The notes below the pieces were generated by a model that ran no database searches, was not told the DNA's origin, and was given only the letters and a program-made list of their open reading frames with translations. From Oculina patagonica (taxonomy: Eukaryota): a stretch of 64,000 nucleotides of DNA. Every line of letters starts with the position of its first letter. The stretch's first letter is position 1. Where the stretch lies: contig NC_135764.1 of assembly GCF_052425735.1 (NCBI RefSeq), forward strand, positions 2,480,001 through 2,544,000. Direction: 5' to 3'. Positions 1-12,457 of this stretch are shown in pieces. The position numbers and the translations under genes are program-made.

Positions 1-227
1 TTTCTCTTGGTTTGAATTGACCAATAGTTTTCTATCTGCAAAATAAATATAGACCATTTCCCAGTGTAGAATAAGAAACAATCCGGCGTCGGAAACGTGA
101 ATTTAGCAGGCAATCGCAATAATCATTATGATATTATAAGGAATTATTGCTTATAAGCAATGTGCTGTTGCTCCTAAACGAGTATGGAAATCTCAGTGCA
201 GGTTCTATATCAGAGGATTGACCTTAA

Positions 228-459
228 GGGACGGACCATTATTTTCTTGGAGGGGGGGGGGGAATGAAAAATTTTCCTCTGCAAACTTTTATTTTTAGTT
301 TATGCACCTCTGCAAACATTTTTTTTTCGAAATTCTTACTATTTTTTGTTATACATATCGTGTTTGCAAACAATTTATTTTGTCTTTCCAGGCCCTGCAA
401 ACAATTTTTTTCAATATTTTTCATCCCCCCCCCCCTCCAAAAAAATAATGGTCCGTCCC
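228..459. mobile_element. PIF/Harbinger-type MITE (family 1)
   Basis: TIRs gggacggaccattattttc...aaaataatggtccgtccc with TAA target duplication at 225-227 and 460-462. Near-identical copies at 16770 and 56931. Confidence 0.85.
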
Positions 460-519
460 TAAATTCAGTTTCTGCAGCCGGTGAAGTGATTTGTAATACA
501 GCGTGACCTAAAGCCTTAC

Positions 520-3500
520 CTTAGAGTGATTGGGTCGTCACCAAAAGGATTTTTGACAAAAAAATTGCTTTGATAATTAGTCACTGGGTCATCAAGTGAG
601 CTGACAAAGCGATCATTCTGTAGCTTATAGAGCATGAGTACCTGAAATGTTGAACAGTTAAGGTAATAAATATCCGTGTACAAATGTGCTGGTCTGGAAA
701 TTGCTACCTTTGTGAAGTTAAATCAAATTATTTAACTTAACTCAACAATGACTTGACTAAACCTTGCTACCTTGAAGCTAAATTTTAACTTAACTTAACT
801 TAACTAAGCTAAGCTAAGCTAAGCTAAGCTAAGCTAAGCTAAGCTAAGCTAAGCTAAGCTAAGCTAAACTAAACTAAACTAATTATAAACTAAACTAAAC
901 TTAACTTAACTAAACTACAAACTAAACTAAACTAAACTATGAAATTAAGTAAACTTAACCAAATTAAACTAATTTTTTTAAAAAATACTTAACTTTACTT
1001 TTACCTTAACATAGTTTAGCTTAGCTTAGCTTGGCTTTACTTAACAAAACTCTTAGCTTAACTGAACTGAACTCCTATAATAAACTGCAGAGTTATAGCT
1101 GAACTGACTTGGACATGCGTTGTATATAAGAGTCTTTGTGGTAAGGATAGTATTTCCCTTACCGTTAAAACCTTCGTAACACTTGCTATAGGGAATATAG
1201 TTTTAGTTGTAGGCTTCTGTTTCGGTGTCTTTGAGTTATCCATCACTCCAAACTCTCCTCGCCAAATCACCTTATCCATGTACACGATGTTGGCTGTGAC
1301 GGCGCTCTACGAACGGAAAAATTATTAAGATAGAAGCAACAGTAAATTCATTTGTCTTATTAATACTATTTTTATGTTAACTGTCACTTTTTTACTTAGC
1401 TCAAATGGTTTTTCACTAAGTCAGTAAAGCAGTTGCATCGCTAACAGGAGTAAATTTATTTCTTGGCCAATCAGGTGCAAGGCCCAAAACACACAGGATT
1501 TGGCCCGCGCGATATTTCCCGCGCTTTTAAACGGTTACAATTTTTTTTTATGTTGAGCCCTGATTGGCCTAATGGGTTTGTAATGTGCAGGGGGCGACAG
1601 AAATTTGAAACCACTTTCATACAAATACAATTAGACTGAAAAACAACAACCAACAACAGTAACAACAAAAAACAGACAAAACAAGAGCACTAACCGGTCC
1701 TCCCGATTTCATTTGATCTTCAATGAAAGACTTCATAGAACTCAGCTCGTCTTGCACAGGTTTTGGCAGTGTCGTGAAAGCTACTGGCTTCGGTATTGTA
1801 CGGCAGTGGGTGGGTGGAGCTGGGGTCTGTTTCTGTTAAAACACAATTTTTTTTTTATTAATAATAATAATTTTTAACAAAATGACTTTTAGACTTGTAT
1901 CTACTTAGCTTGGGCTGGATTGCTTGATTAGAATTGTTCAAAATTATCATTGTAATATCATAGGTGACAAATTACTCTTTAATTTTGGCGCGAAATTTTA
2001 ACGTTAATTTATAATTTCACATGTGAAATTATAAAATTGCCATGGCAACGTAGTTAGCGGCAAGATGGCGTCCGTAATAAAAGGTGTTTTAAAGCTTAAA
2101 CTTTGTACATTTTCGCTTGAATTTCATCTAAGCCAGCAAGCCTTGGCCATGTAATAATTTTTTTGATGATATTTTATATTTCAAAACGTCAAAAAGACTT
2201 CAAGACATAAATGGCATCGAGCGGATTTTTGAGCGTTTTACACGGGCACCGTTTTCAGTTCATTCAAGACGAACTACGGTCATATATAATGTGACAAATA
2301 ATTGACAGTTTATTCATCTTTGAAACATTTTGTCAACTGCAAAAAGGAATCTCTAAAAAGGTTTTCTTTAAAGACTAAAAACTTGCGAACTTGAGCAAAA
2401 TGTATGCTTTCAACTTTTCAAAGCTCGGAGTTCGCGATGCAATATACCAGTCAAAAACCTACGATCGCAAGCGTAATTTGTCACCTATGATATTAAAATG
2501 TAACCAAATGGTATTCTCGTGAAATTAGGAAATAATTTCACTTGCATTTTGTCAAAATGCTAATAATTTCCCGAGCCTTTTTGACAAAATGCGCGTGAAA
2601 TTATTTCCTAATTTCACTCGTCACCATTTGATTACCAATACTAATTAATTTTTCATGCGAATTACACAAAATTTAAAGGAAATTGAGTTACATGTAAAAT
2701 TTGAAATTCGTAACCATAAACATGCGAAGCTCTTTTAATTAAGCGCCCACTTCGGGAATAACTGTTCGTGTCCAGACTGGTCGTTTACGAGAAAAGGAAC
2801 ATTACAAGGCAATGTTATATTACGGTAAATGTGTTAGAATCGTTGACTGGTCACTTACGAGAGCTTAAAAAGTACCGTATTTTCTCAATTAAACGCCCCG
2901 GCGTTTATTTCAAACTTGGTCTGGTGGACCCGGCGTTTATTTGAAGCCGGCGTTTAATCGGGGCCCGGCGTTTATTAACGAAGTGGAGTTTTCTGTTATT
3001 ATTATCACCCATCCTCCGATATCTAGGGTCAGTTTGTCAAAGCGGAACAATTTTTCCCTTTGTCCCGCCCGGACGAACTGTCCCTGGGTCTCCGAAGATG
3101 ATTATTACCAAGGGTTACAGTGCTGCATAGGGCATGTTGCAATCACGATTTGTGACAAACAGAACCGAAACACTATATGAACAACATGGGAACAAGTAAA
3201 TGCTACGGATGTAAAGTTTTAAGTTCATAAACGGCAACGCCTGGACCTCCAATAAACGCCGGGACCTCGATCAAACGCCCCCGGCGTTTATTTAAAAAAT
3301 TGCATTTTTGACCCGGCGTTTAAACGGGGTCCGGCGTTTAAACGAGAAAATACGGTAAAAGAAAAGACCAGTTGGTAATTCTCAAAGGTGGCCATGATCG
3401 CTTTTTTTAGTGCAGGTGTGGTTGGTAACGAAAGCTTTAATTACAGCATTTGAGTCACAATTCAAACGGGGTTCTACCCTGCTTCCAGATATTTTCTTTT

Positions 3501-4265
3501 TCCTATTTTTCAATCACGGAGGTTTTATTTTCTCTTGTATAAAAGTGTTTTTTGTTGCTTATGCATTCTGAAGATCAGTCGACATCCAAAAAATATAAAC
3601 GAAAAACCTTAATGAGAACTACGTAACTGAAATCAAAATACGCGCTAATCATTTAGCTTAATCATTCTTTGACCAACTGTGTTTGAACGGGGATAGAATA
3701 TAGCAAGAGACAAGTCCCTCTCGTCTTCCGCCCTGTTTGAGTCGTTCTTAATTTAAAAACCATATCAAGACACTAAAGAACTGTGCAGGACGATAAAACA
3801 GATAATTTCTGTATAATTATCCTCTTAGTGCCCAGGAGGACGCATAAGGCCATAAGTAGCCATCTTGACCTCACGCTTGGTTAATAACCCATATGCATAT
3901 TATGTATGAAACAGCGAGTTTAAAATTACCGTTCCTGGAGATGTCCCGCCATCCTTCCCGTTGTCGGTTCCCTTGTCACCCTGAGATTCCCTCGCGAAAT
4001 ACAGAGCAATCATCACAATAGACACAGCAATGAAGAGCACTAGCAACGCAAGAACAAGGCAACTGCCACAGCGACCTCCATGCTTTTTCTTCTTCTCAGG
4101 AGGCAGAAACCCGACTGTGCTAGAACTGGATGGCAGGGGGCTCCTGCTTGGTTTGTCCTCCTTGTATATGTACGAGGGCGGGGGTCCGGGCTCATGGTAG
4201 GACGTGTAATTCCCTACATACGAAGGGGTGTGCGGGCGTTCAGGATTGTCGTATGCGGTGTTCAT
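520..4265 (-). CDS. Beta-lactamase-family serine hydrolase (LACTBL1-like), type II membrane protein, paralog A; 3' part beyond the left edge of the window
   Basis: Minus-strand coding exons 4265-3930, 1832-1695, 1306-1163 and 641-520, all GT/AG bounded and frame-consistent (336, 138, 144, 122 nt). Translation: cytoplasmic tail, TM helix CLVLALLVLFIAVSIVMIALYF, then ANIVYMDKVIW...TIFPIASVTKVLT (SxxK) and LMLYKL...SLDDPV...NPF...ITLR. Exon sizes and phases match paralog B. An acceptor at 4295-4296 implies an upstream 5' UTR exon. Confidence 0.9.
785..1060. repeat. Compound pentanucleotide microsatellite (AACTT/AAGCT/AAACT)n
   Basis: About 12 perfect AAGCT units flanked by AACTT and AAACT units, with a short reverse-oriented (AGCTT)n arm near 1015-1035. 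Lies in an intron of paralog A. Confidence 0.9.
1955..2493. mobile_element. MITE with ~21-bp TIRs and TA flanks
   Basis: atatcataggtgacaaattac ... gtaatttgtcacctatgatat perfect inverted termini. Confidence 0.75.
2500..2635. mobile_element. Short foldback/hairpin MITE
   Basis: Arm aaatggt..gtgaaattagg.aaataatttcac..gcattttgtcaaaa is mirrored by ttttgacaaaatgc..gtgaaattattt.cctaatttcac..accattt. Confidence 0.6.
2875..3355. mobile_element. Tc1/mariner(pogo)-type MITE
   Basis: TA-CCGTATTTTCTC...GAGAAAATACGG-TA termini with TA target duplication and subterminal ccggcgttta repeats. Confidence 0.8.
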
Positions 4266-4375
4266 GATTCCCTGGGGAGAATGTCTTCCAGTGGCTGAAA
4301 GAGAAATGCAGTGGGCATTCTGAGCTATTTCGATGATTCTCCAAGATAAAAGAGATTTACTTGTTTATGCTGACC

Positions 4376-4471
4376 TAGCCTGTGAACAGGCTCTCCTGCG
4401 AGGATATCTCCCCCAGGCTCTTCTCGGCCCGCTTCGCTCGCCGATCGGATCAGGAGCCTGCTTACAAGCTA
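4376..4471. mobile_element. Short TAGCCTG-ended element with 9-bp TSD
   Basis: tagcctgtgaacaggctc...gagcctgcttacaagcta, flanked by atgctgacc / atgctaacc (1 mismatch). Confidence 0.65.
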
Positions 4472-5045
4472 ATGCTAACCTACTAGCTAATCTAAGGACA
4501 CATTTTGGACGGATTAAACAATTGTCTGCGGCAACCGATCTCAAAGACGGTTAAGAAGTCAATTTTTTGCCGCAGACAATGTCGGCTTTTACAAGCTGGC
4601 TAATCCGTCTCTGAATTTATATCCGGTCAGGTTAGATAGATAGATTTTATTAATGCTCAATGCATCCGCCGGAGCGGCTGAATTACGAATTACTTTACAA
4701 CAAAAATTATATTATACAGGTTATCCGCCAGACGGATAGTTCGTCCCGAAACTTAGCTCAAAACGCACGCACATGCACCAAACGCTCCAAAAAAAAGGAA
4801 CCGAAAGAACACAGATTGCATGCAAGGCCTCCGTTTCTGATGCAGTCTTGTGCAAGCATCACTCACGCTTACAAGAAAGATGAAGTAAAGGTGGAATTGA
4901 CAGACCCTGCATACACCAAGTAACAGCAAGAAGAGGCGTGGCTAGCCCATTCGCAGGCTAGTTTGAATAACGCCAAGACAATCAAAGGCTCGTTGAGCTG
5001 CCTCGTGCATTGTCTTCCATTTGAGCCAGCATGAGGAGATCTTAA

Positions 5046-5441
5046 AGTGTATATGACATGAAAAATATTTTCTGCTTTTTTGAAAGGCTTTTCGAAATAC
5101 TGAAGAATGGCGTTTTTCTTTTCGAAATATCTTTTTTCGTTTCAGAGATATTGACGTTTTTGTATTATGCAAATTAGATCAGTGATGACGTCACAAGATT
5201 TGACTCAAAAAAATGGTAAAATACTGAATAAACAATATCTCTAAAACTATTGAAGCAGTGTTCTTGAAACTTGGCACCACAAATGTGCATCACAAAAGGA
5301 ACAAAATGACACCCTTAGTATTGTTGCCATAGTCAATATCTCTGAAACGAAAAAAGATATTTCGAAAAGAAAAACGCCATTCTTCTGTATTTCGAAAGGC
5401 CTTTCAAATAAGCAGAAAATATTTGTCATGTCATATACACT
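5046..5441. mobile_element. TTAA-flanked MITE (Kolobok-like)
   Basis: ttaa-agtgtatatgacatga...tcatgtcatatacact-ttaa; imperfect TIRs over ~110 bp; purine-purine 5' terminus. Confidence 0.8.
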
Positions 5442-5651
5442 TTAAGTGAGTCGGAATGAGTAAAAATTTACCATTTTTGTCCCGTTTAAAGCTAAAATCG
5501 AACCATACGAATAAGCCCATACCATGCATCTCAAAATCAAAATGCTTTCAAAATCAAAATGCAGATAACTTGTAAGTTTGAATTTCGATTTCAAGAGTAG
5601 GAAAATTACTACAGTGGAATCTGGATTTCTCGAACTGTCCAGTGAAACGAA

Positions 5652-5699
5652 AATAGACCATTTTACAGTTGTCTGCTCAGTGACCTGGCCTTTGAATGG

Positions 5700-5730
<31 letters not shown>

Positions 5731-5892
5731 CAGACCTCACTGCTTTTGTTGTGTAAATCATGTTGTTCTGATCCTAACTAGTTTGCATTTACATGATAAC
5801 GCAGGGAGGTTTGTATCAATGCAAGGTCACCTCCAGCCTCGCTACCATTCAAAGGCCAGGCTACTTAGCAGGCAACTGTAAAATGGACTATT
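5652..5892. mobile_element. Palindromic MITE
   Basis: aatagaccattttacagttg...ggcctttgaatgg mirrored by ccattcaaaggcc...caactgtaaaatggactatt. Confidence 0.8.
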
Positions 5893-8777
5893 GGTTCGAG
5901 AAATCAGGATTAAAATTGTAGCATCCGACTGGGTAAACTAAGTGAAACAAGTCCAAGCAGGGCTGTAGCCGCTTTAATTTGAGGCAAACCAAGGCACTTG
6001 CCTCTTTTATTTTCCCTTTTTTTAAGGGGGAAAGTAAATACCGAGGAAGAGAATTTAACTCTGGATATTGCCTTGAGTCATAACTTTTTTTTTTATGGCT
6101 ACGGCCCTGCCACGGGAAATGACTGTTGGCTCGATTTTCGGGGATTCCACTACTAATTTCCGATTCCAGAACGTTAACCGTGAGCGGAGAAATATATTAA
6201 AAACCCAATCCCTATTATAGCGCAATGATCGCATGCCGCAGCGCATTGAGCGCATTCCTAGACTTCACGCTAGACGGACAAATAAAAAAGAGAAAATGCT
6301 CGTATTTTCGCTTATTCCGTTTGTGGCCTGTACAGGAATTCGCTCCAGGCTAAAATCCAGTTTGATGAGAAAAAAGAAGGAAAAAAGGACGCACAAACAC
6401 TGCGTCACTATTCCGCATTACCGCACAACCATCTAACTACATAGTCTACATAGGCGCATATAAACCGTGATTACACTTGTTTATAATATGAATTAACAGT
6501 GTTGTATCAACATAGAATAAATGTTTTGCCTTTTTGTATTTCCTGCTGCAGAACCCAGTTAAGATTTACAAGAACAAAACATTTTTGCTCGATCAAAGGA
6601 GCTCGGCGTAACCTTTCATTTCGAGTTCAACTGAAAGTAAACGTCTCCTAAATTAAAAGTATATAAACAGTACTCCGTCTGTCATCGGGTCTTTGTTTTC
6701 GCCTAAAACGCTTTTGTTTAAGGTCGTACATAAACTGCACTTTTGTTCCAGTTGAACGATTTAAACTTCAAAAACAATCGGCAACAACATTTGAAATGTT
6801 ACAACAAGCCAAGCGCCTTACAAAATAAAAACCCTCCTGCCAGTTGTCTCTACTGCCCAACGCATTTCTTTAGCGTGAATTTGCTCGAAAAACTTTGTGA
6901 CAGTTTGTGTGCAATTTACTTGTTTTTCCTTGTTGAATCGCCTAGAAACAGGTCTTTATCTTCGCATATGCATTAATTAGCCCACAACTGTTCTGTCTAT
7001 AAAATTTGCTCTTGATCTTTTTCAAACGGATAAGAATGTGTCTCGAAAAGCGCTTTCGGAAGGCAGAAGTGAGGGCACTTTAGAGGTCTTTAGCTGCCGC
7101 TTCGTTTGAAGTATAGTCTTATCTGATGTTACGCACAATCGACACAATCTGTACAATTTCGTTATTTTATGGAGCCGAGCGTGTAGCATTTTGAATATTA
7201 AGTTACTGCGTACAGTTAGACTTAAGTAATCGCTGCTTCTTTCCTCGATTGAACGTGTACGACATAAGCGTCATATTTAACACCGCGAACACTGCTTAAA
7301 AGTATTAACGAACAATGTTAACGCAAACTGTGGCTGGAAGTATTTGTTTTAAGTTCTAAGATTGCAAATTAGCATACCGAGCTTCTCACGAGAACGGAAG
7401 GTGAAACAGAATATGGACGCCCACCCAGCGATTAAAGGTGCAAATTAGTTAATCGATGCTACTTGGAAGAAACCTGGGAACGTTGTGTTCAATTTGGAAC
7501 TGTATCAAGCCAAGATTTTTGTCTACAAGCTGTCCGTGATCGATGAAAAAAATCTCGTGCTACAGTAAATGAACTGTAAACATTGGCAAATTGAAGTCAC
7601 ATTCCTAGGGTGAGAGCATAATGTAGATCACACAAATCATATGTACCTGCACGATACTGCTTCTGGAGCCGCGGAGAACTGAAGTAAATTCCTTCCAGAG
7701 CCATTTTAGCCGAGCTCTTGACGAATATATAAGGCTTAGGCAAGGAGCTATTAATGCGCGCTAAAACACTAGAGTGGATTTAGTGTCGTTTGTCTAAATT
7801 AACTGGCACGATATTATCATAACCTCGACCCGGTACCCAGGCCCTTCTCACAAAAAGAGAAAATTGTAAAAATGCGCTGCTCGGTCCGATCCAAGGGTCA
7901 AACAGATGGGTCAATAACAGGAATAAACCACGAACAATGCTTAGCTTTATGTGGATAATTTATTCATGATTTCCTCTCAGGCTTGCTTATATCGCGAGAG
8001 AAACCACAATGAAACCAATAAAACTACGGACAAATTTATATATTTCGAACGATGCTGGGTATCGGACACCGGCAGACAATTTTAGGACCAGTTTTCTTGT
8101 AATTTCAGAAAAAAAACTTTGGACGCTTTTGGACAATGCTTTGTGACATTGATTTAAATTTCCTGAGTGGTGTTATCTAGCAGTTTGCGAACTCAAGGGC
8201 TCTTGGGCTCAGTGATGTCCGTGTGGAATGATAACGGCTATAAACTAGGACCTTTTTATCGTCTTTCGTTTATTTCGTTTGAAGTATATTGGTTTTACTT
8301 CCGATAATTGGGTGCTTTTATCTATAGTCTACTTGAGCTGCGCATGCCACTTCATAACTCATAACTCGATAATCAATAAATGAAGATATTAAACAATCGA
8401 TACTATATCGATTTTAGAGTTTTGTAGATGAAAACCATAGACGAAATTTGGTGGACGAAAATCATCGAGTTTGATTCACTGTATTTTTTATTCTTATTGC
8501 ATTGATGATAAGGGTTTCATAGTCTGGTCGAAAATAATACTGTATACTGTACGTTATTAAATTGCTACATTTGTCAGGTGGGCCGGGCCAGGTATGATTA
8601 AAATTGCACTGGCTTGAGTGTTCTTTTTTTGCGTCCAGTGAAAGAGCAATTCAAATTAACCCATGTAGTAAAATGGTGATATAGCAAAAAGGTCAAAAAT
8701 GTGAAATGGGAAAGTAAAAAGAAGCTGAAAAAGTAAGATCTTATAAATAATTGCCTTCGAATCATTCTCAAAATATT

Positions 8778-9090
8778 GAGCCTCTCTATGGGTATCCACG
8801 TTCTTCGCAATTTTTTTGCAATTCTTCGTTTTTTAAAGCAGATCTTCGTTTTATCTTCGTTCGTTTTTGTCGTGAAATGTGGTCAAACGCCAAAATTTAG
8901 AAATTACAGAAATTTCCTGAAGTGTTTACGAATTTTTACAGTTTAATATCTGAGTGATCAATTTGATCACGCAAATTTTGGTCAATTTCAGATCTTCGTT
9001 TTAATCTTGCTGAGATCTTCATTTTTTCCGCGGTGACTGATCTTCGCGTCTTCGATTTCTTCGGAAATACCCATAGATCTAGAGAGGCTC
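8778..9090. mobile_element. MITE
   Basis: gagcctctctatgggtat ... atacccatagatctagagaggctc inverted termini; internal atcttcg repeats. Confidence 0.6.
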
Positions 9091-9329
9091 TGTATTACAA
9101 AGTCAGTCCTACGTTTTTTGAAATAAGATAGCTGAACCAATGAAATTCTCCCAACTGGTACTTTAAATTTAATCAATGTTTAGAAACTAGTGCAAAGAAT
9201 TTCTACTAAACACAATTAAGTATTGACAAATTCAAAACAATGAAGTAACATTTTATTGCTCTAAATTTTAAAACGAGTTGTCGTCTAATAAATCGGTTCT
9301 TTCTCTGTTTTTTCTTGTGTGTAAAGATT

Positions 9330-9580
9330 CGTCTTCATCAAGTGACTAGGAGTATGGCTACTCCCCCCTGGATGGGATGCTAGTCCATCGCAGGTTAATT
9401 ACTCCCAAGCTTTCTGTCAGGTTGCATGCACAGTTCGTCAATACCAATTTATACTTTAAGGTGTAGAAAGGCACTGTGAGAGAAAAGTGTTTCGCCAAGG
9501 AACACAAAACATTTAAAAACCCGCTCGACTGGTCCTGGACTCGGACTCTAACTTTATTGGAAGTCCAATTTGCTAACCAT
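9330..9580 (-). mobile_element. Degenerate tRNA-derived SINE (same family as 50608-50879)
   Basis: Shares gactaggag...ccccctggatgg.atgctagtccat.gcagg and aaagtgt...aagaacacaa core blocks with the copy at 50608. Confidence 0.65.
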
Positions 9581-11005
9581 CTCAAGCAAGGGGGGCAACC
9601 ACCAATTATTCCCAGGATCTTCTTAGGTCTTCAGGAAAGGGATACGAGACAACACTGTGAAACTTCGAACCCCTAATTGAAATTGCCATACATTCCACTA
9701 AGCAATTGTCCGGTGGGGGGAAAGGGTAGGGGGAAATAGGTTACCGCTTACATATATAATTTAGAATAGCCCGGGGCAAACGTTCAAAAACAATATTATC
9801 ACAAGGATATTTGTGCACTATTGTAACAATCTCTTGGATTTTCGATTAACCAATTCAAATCGGTTTCCTGTTAATAATGTTAACTACAACTGTAAAAAAG
9901 TCGTTTCTGAATAACCCATTTCGCCTTAATTTTCTTGCTACTATATTGTGCTCTATCTGCCTAGCGATGGTTAGTTCGAAATTAAAAGCTACTGTATACA
10001 TCGGTTACATCCATTACACACGAAACTCTTTACTCTAGATGTGATGTTTGGAGTGTCAAGTGAATTGGACTGCCAGTGGTGGCTAGTGCCTGGGAGGCAT
10101 TTGACTTATCGAGGAGGCTAAAATTGATTATAAGCGGTCGATAATAACAACAGGCGACCATCACGAAACAAGAAACGCTACGGAGATTTAAAAAGCACTG
10201 ACTTTGTAATCTACGTTGAGTTGTAGCCTAAACTATTAACATAATTGACCACAGCGATTCCGTGTGTCTATAGTTTACCCCTCTACTAAACTAGTTACTT
10301 ACCTGAAAGGCTCGTAGAAAAGTTATGATGTTTTCAGCAGCTCCCGCAGCAACACGCTGGGATAAAATCATAAACCGTGATGAAGTAGTATTTGCTTTCG
10401 GGCAAGAAAAGATTAATTACAAAACAAGCTTTTGTGAAACGACCGTGAAATTATATGCAGTATGTGCACTGATGTCATTTCGGCAGCCTGCTGGTTTTCT
10501 TAGCACGAAGCAGTGTTCAACTGAGAAGTCATGTGTTTACATTATGCTCCTATTACCTTCATTGAAGCCATTTATCGTTTCATTTCCTCATTTTACGAAG
10601 CCGATGATAGACGGCCGTACCGCATTTTCATTTAACCCTGATTAACCGTTATAAATACATTTCGGGATGTCGTTAATTGATAGACATCAAAGCTGACTGC
10701 GGCCCACTTGATCGGGCGATAAAATCGTTATCACATATTATCACATTCTCAATGTGCCACTGATGTGCCCCTTAATTAAGTTGCTAAAATTAGCATGCAC
10801 TGTCTTGGTTCTTCCATACAATGCTAAGGCTTAACGCTACTTCTATTTATATTCTAAATGCTTACTACTACTTATATTAAAACGTGATCGTCATATAATT
10901 ATCTACTTCTCCGTCGTCACGCATGCCTGAGGAGTAATGACCCCCTGTCCGGATACAGGGAGCATATAAAACCCATATCTATTAAGAGGATTTTAATCTG
11001 TGTAT

Positions 11006-11121
11006 TAGCCTGCGTGGCCGGTGTTCATGATCAAAGGGGAAGGAGAAGGGGCGCTCTCTGATCGCACCTCGCGCTCGAACTCCCCTTCTCCTTCCCCTTT
11101 GAACGCCGGCCACGCAGGCTA
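11006..11121. mobile_element. Short TAGCCTG...CAGGCTA element with perfect 9-bp TSD
   Basis: Palindromic arms; TSD tctgtgtat at 10997-11005 and 11122-11130. Confidence 0.8.
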
Positions 11122-11134
11122 TCTGTGTATCTAA

Positions 11135-11502
11135 AGGTGATGTTACACGGGACAACTTGCAACAACGATTTTTGGGTCAACACCGCGTCAACTTTTCGTG
11201 CTATGTTAAACGAGTCAACTTTTCGCGCAACATCGTACAAAATGCTCTTGGCAACATGCATGTTACACGAGACGATTTTCAGCGCAACGCCAACTCGCAA
11301 CATTTTGCGCGCGCGTCCAGGCCTTGTTGAACAGTATTCTGGGAAGGTGTTGCGCGAAAAATCGACGGCGACCCTGTTACACGAGTCAACTTTCTGAATA
11401 TTAGTCATTTTGCGTTGCGAGTTTTTGACTTGGGTTCAAAAACTCTCAACGTGTTGCCGAGTCAAATGTTGCGCGAAAAATCGTTCCCGTGTAACATCAC
11501 CT
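11135..11502. mobile_element. PIF/Harbinger-type MITE
   Basis: TIR aggtgatgttacacggga / tcccgtgtaacatcacct with TAA duplication (11132-11134, 11503-11505). Confidence 0.8.
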
Positions 11503-11506
11503 TAAA

Positions 11507-11900
11507 GGGGCTACGCCACGGACAACGCATCTTGAAAAATATTTTCAAGTTTGCTGTTCGTAATCCGAAAGCGAGCACGGGGAAGGCCTAGAACAACCTG
11601 GCGAAGGTCGGCCGAGAAAGAACTTAAGTCCCTGCACCTGACCTGGAATGGGATCCGGAAGGCGGCACAAGACCGCTCCCGCTGGAGAGAGACTGTAGAG
11701 GCCTTATGCGTCCAATGGCGCGATAAGGATTGATGATGTTCGTAATCCGTCTTAATCTTCGTAAGTTCAAATCATCCTTGGTTATGTTCGCGTTTTTATT
11801 ACCCCTTTGTTGTTTTTTTTTTTTACGTAAAAAACTATTATTTTGTGGTTTCCTTTAAGCTGGAAGTAAAAAGAAATATGACTTTAAATATCGTGACATT
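11507..11900. mobile_element. TTAA-type MITE interrupted by a LINE fragment
   Basis: Homologous to the uninterrupted copy at 62572-62780 on both sides of the insertion. Confidence 0.65.
11568..11736 (+). mobile_element. 5'-truncated RTE-like LINE 3' end
   Basis: Encodes KRARGRPRTTWRRSAEKEL...W..I...AQDRSRWR..VEALC, typical of an RTE-clade ORF C-terminus. Short (TGA)n tail; 13-bp TSD tgttcgtaatccg at 11555-11567 and 11737-11749. Confidence 0.85.
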
Positions 11901-12098
11901 TCTTCTTTAATGTCTCGTTTTTGTTTTTTTTGTCCATGTCGTACCGGATTATTCTGCAGCCAATCAAACCTTGGCCCCCTTGAATGATACGCTGCATTCC
12001 GGCATCACATTCTTCCAAAGGGTGACCGGAAACGACCTGAATGGCAAGTCCTACACCTTCCGTGTACAAGAAGCAAATTTGTACTGTTGCCTTTTGCA

Positions 12099-12457
12099 GA
12101 CGGACCATTATTTTTTTAAGGGAAGGGGTTGTTGGGCAATTACGAAAACAAACAGATTATTATTGTTTATAGTAGATTCTTAATTTTTTAGTACATTAGA
12201 GAGGGCCACAAATTTATTAGTTGTAAAACTATTACGTGTAACCCTCTATAAATAAAGTTTGATTGATTGATTGATTAATTGTTTGATTGATTGATTGATT
12301 GAAACAAATCGTGCAAGGGGAGCCACGAAGAAAAAAAATAAGAAAAAATATTGGGGGGGGATTAAGGCGGAAAAAATTCTTGCACAACCTGAAGGTGAAA
12401 AGAATATTTTGCCAAGAACAATTGCCCAACCCCCCTAAAAAAATAATGGTCCCTCCC
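12099..12457. mobile_element. MITE related to family 1
   Basis: Termini gacggaccattattt...aaataatggtccctccc followed by TAA. Inner inverted repeat ttgggcaatt/aattgcccaa; internal (TTGA)n tract. Confidence 0.6.

Noticed and set aside
239-506. Repeated ORFs MKNFPLQTF... / MKNIEKNCLQG... (also 56826-57295)
   Set aside because: They arise from two copies of the same non-coding MITE, not from a gene family.
11031-11408. 125-aa and 90-aa ORFs
   Set aside because: Within MITEs with internal repeats; no protein features.
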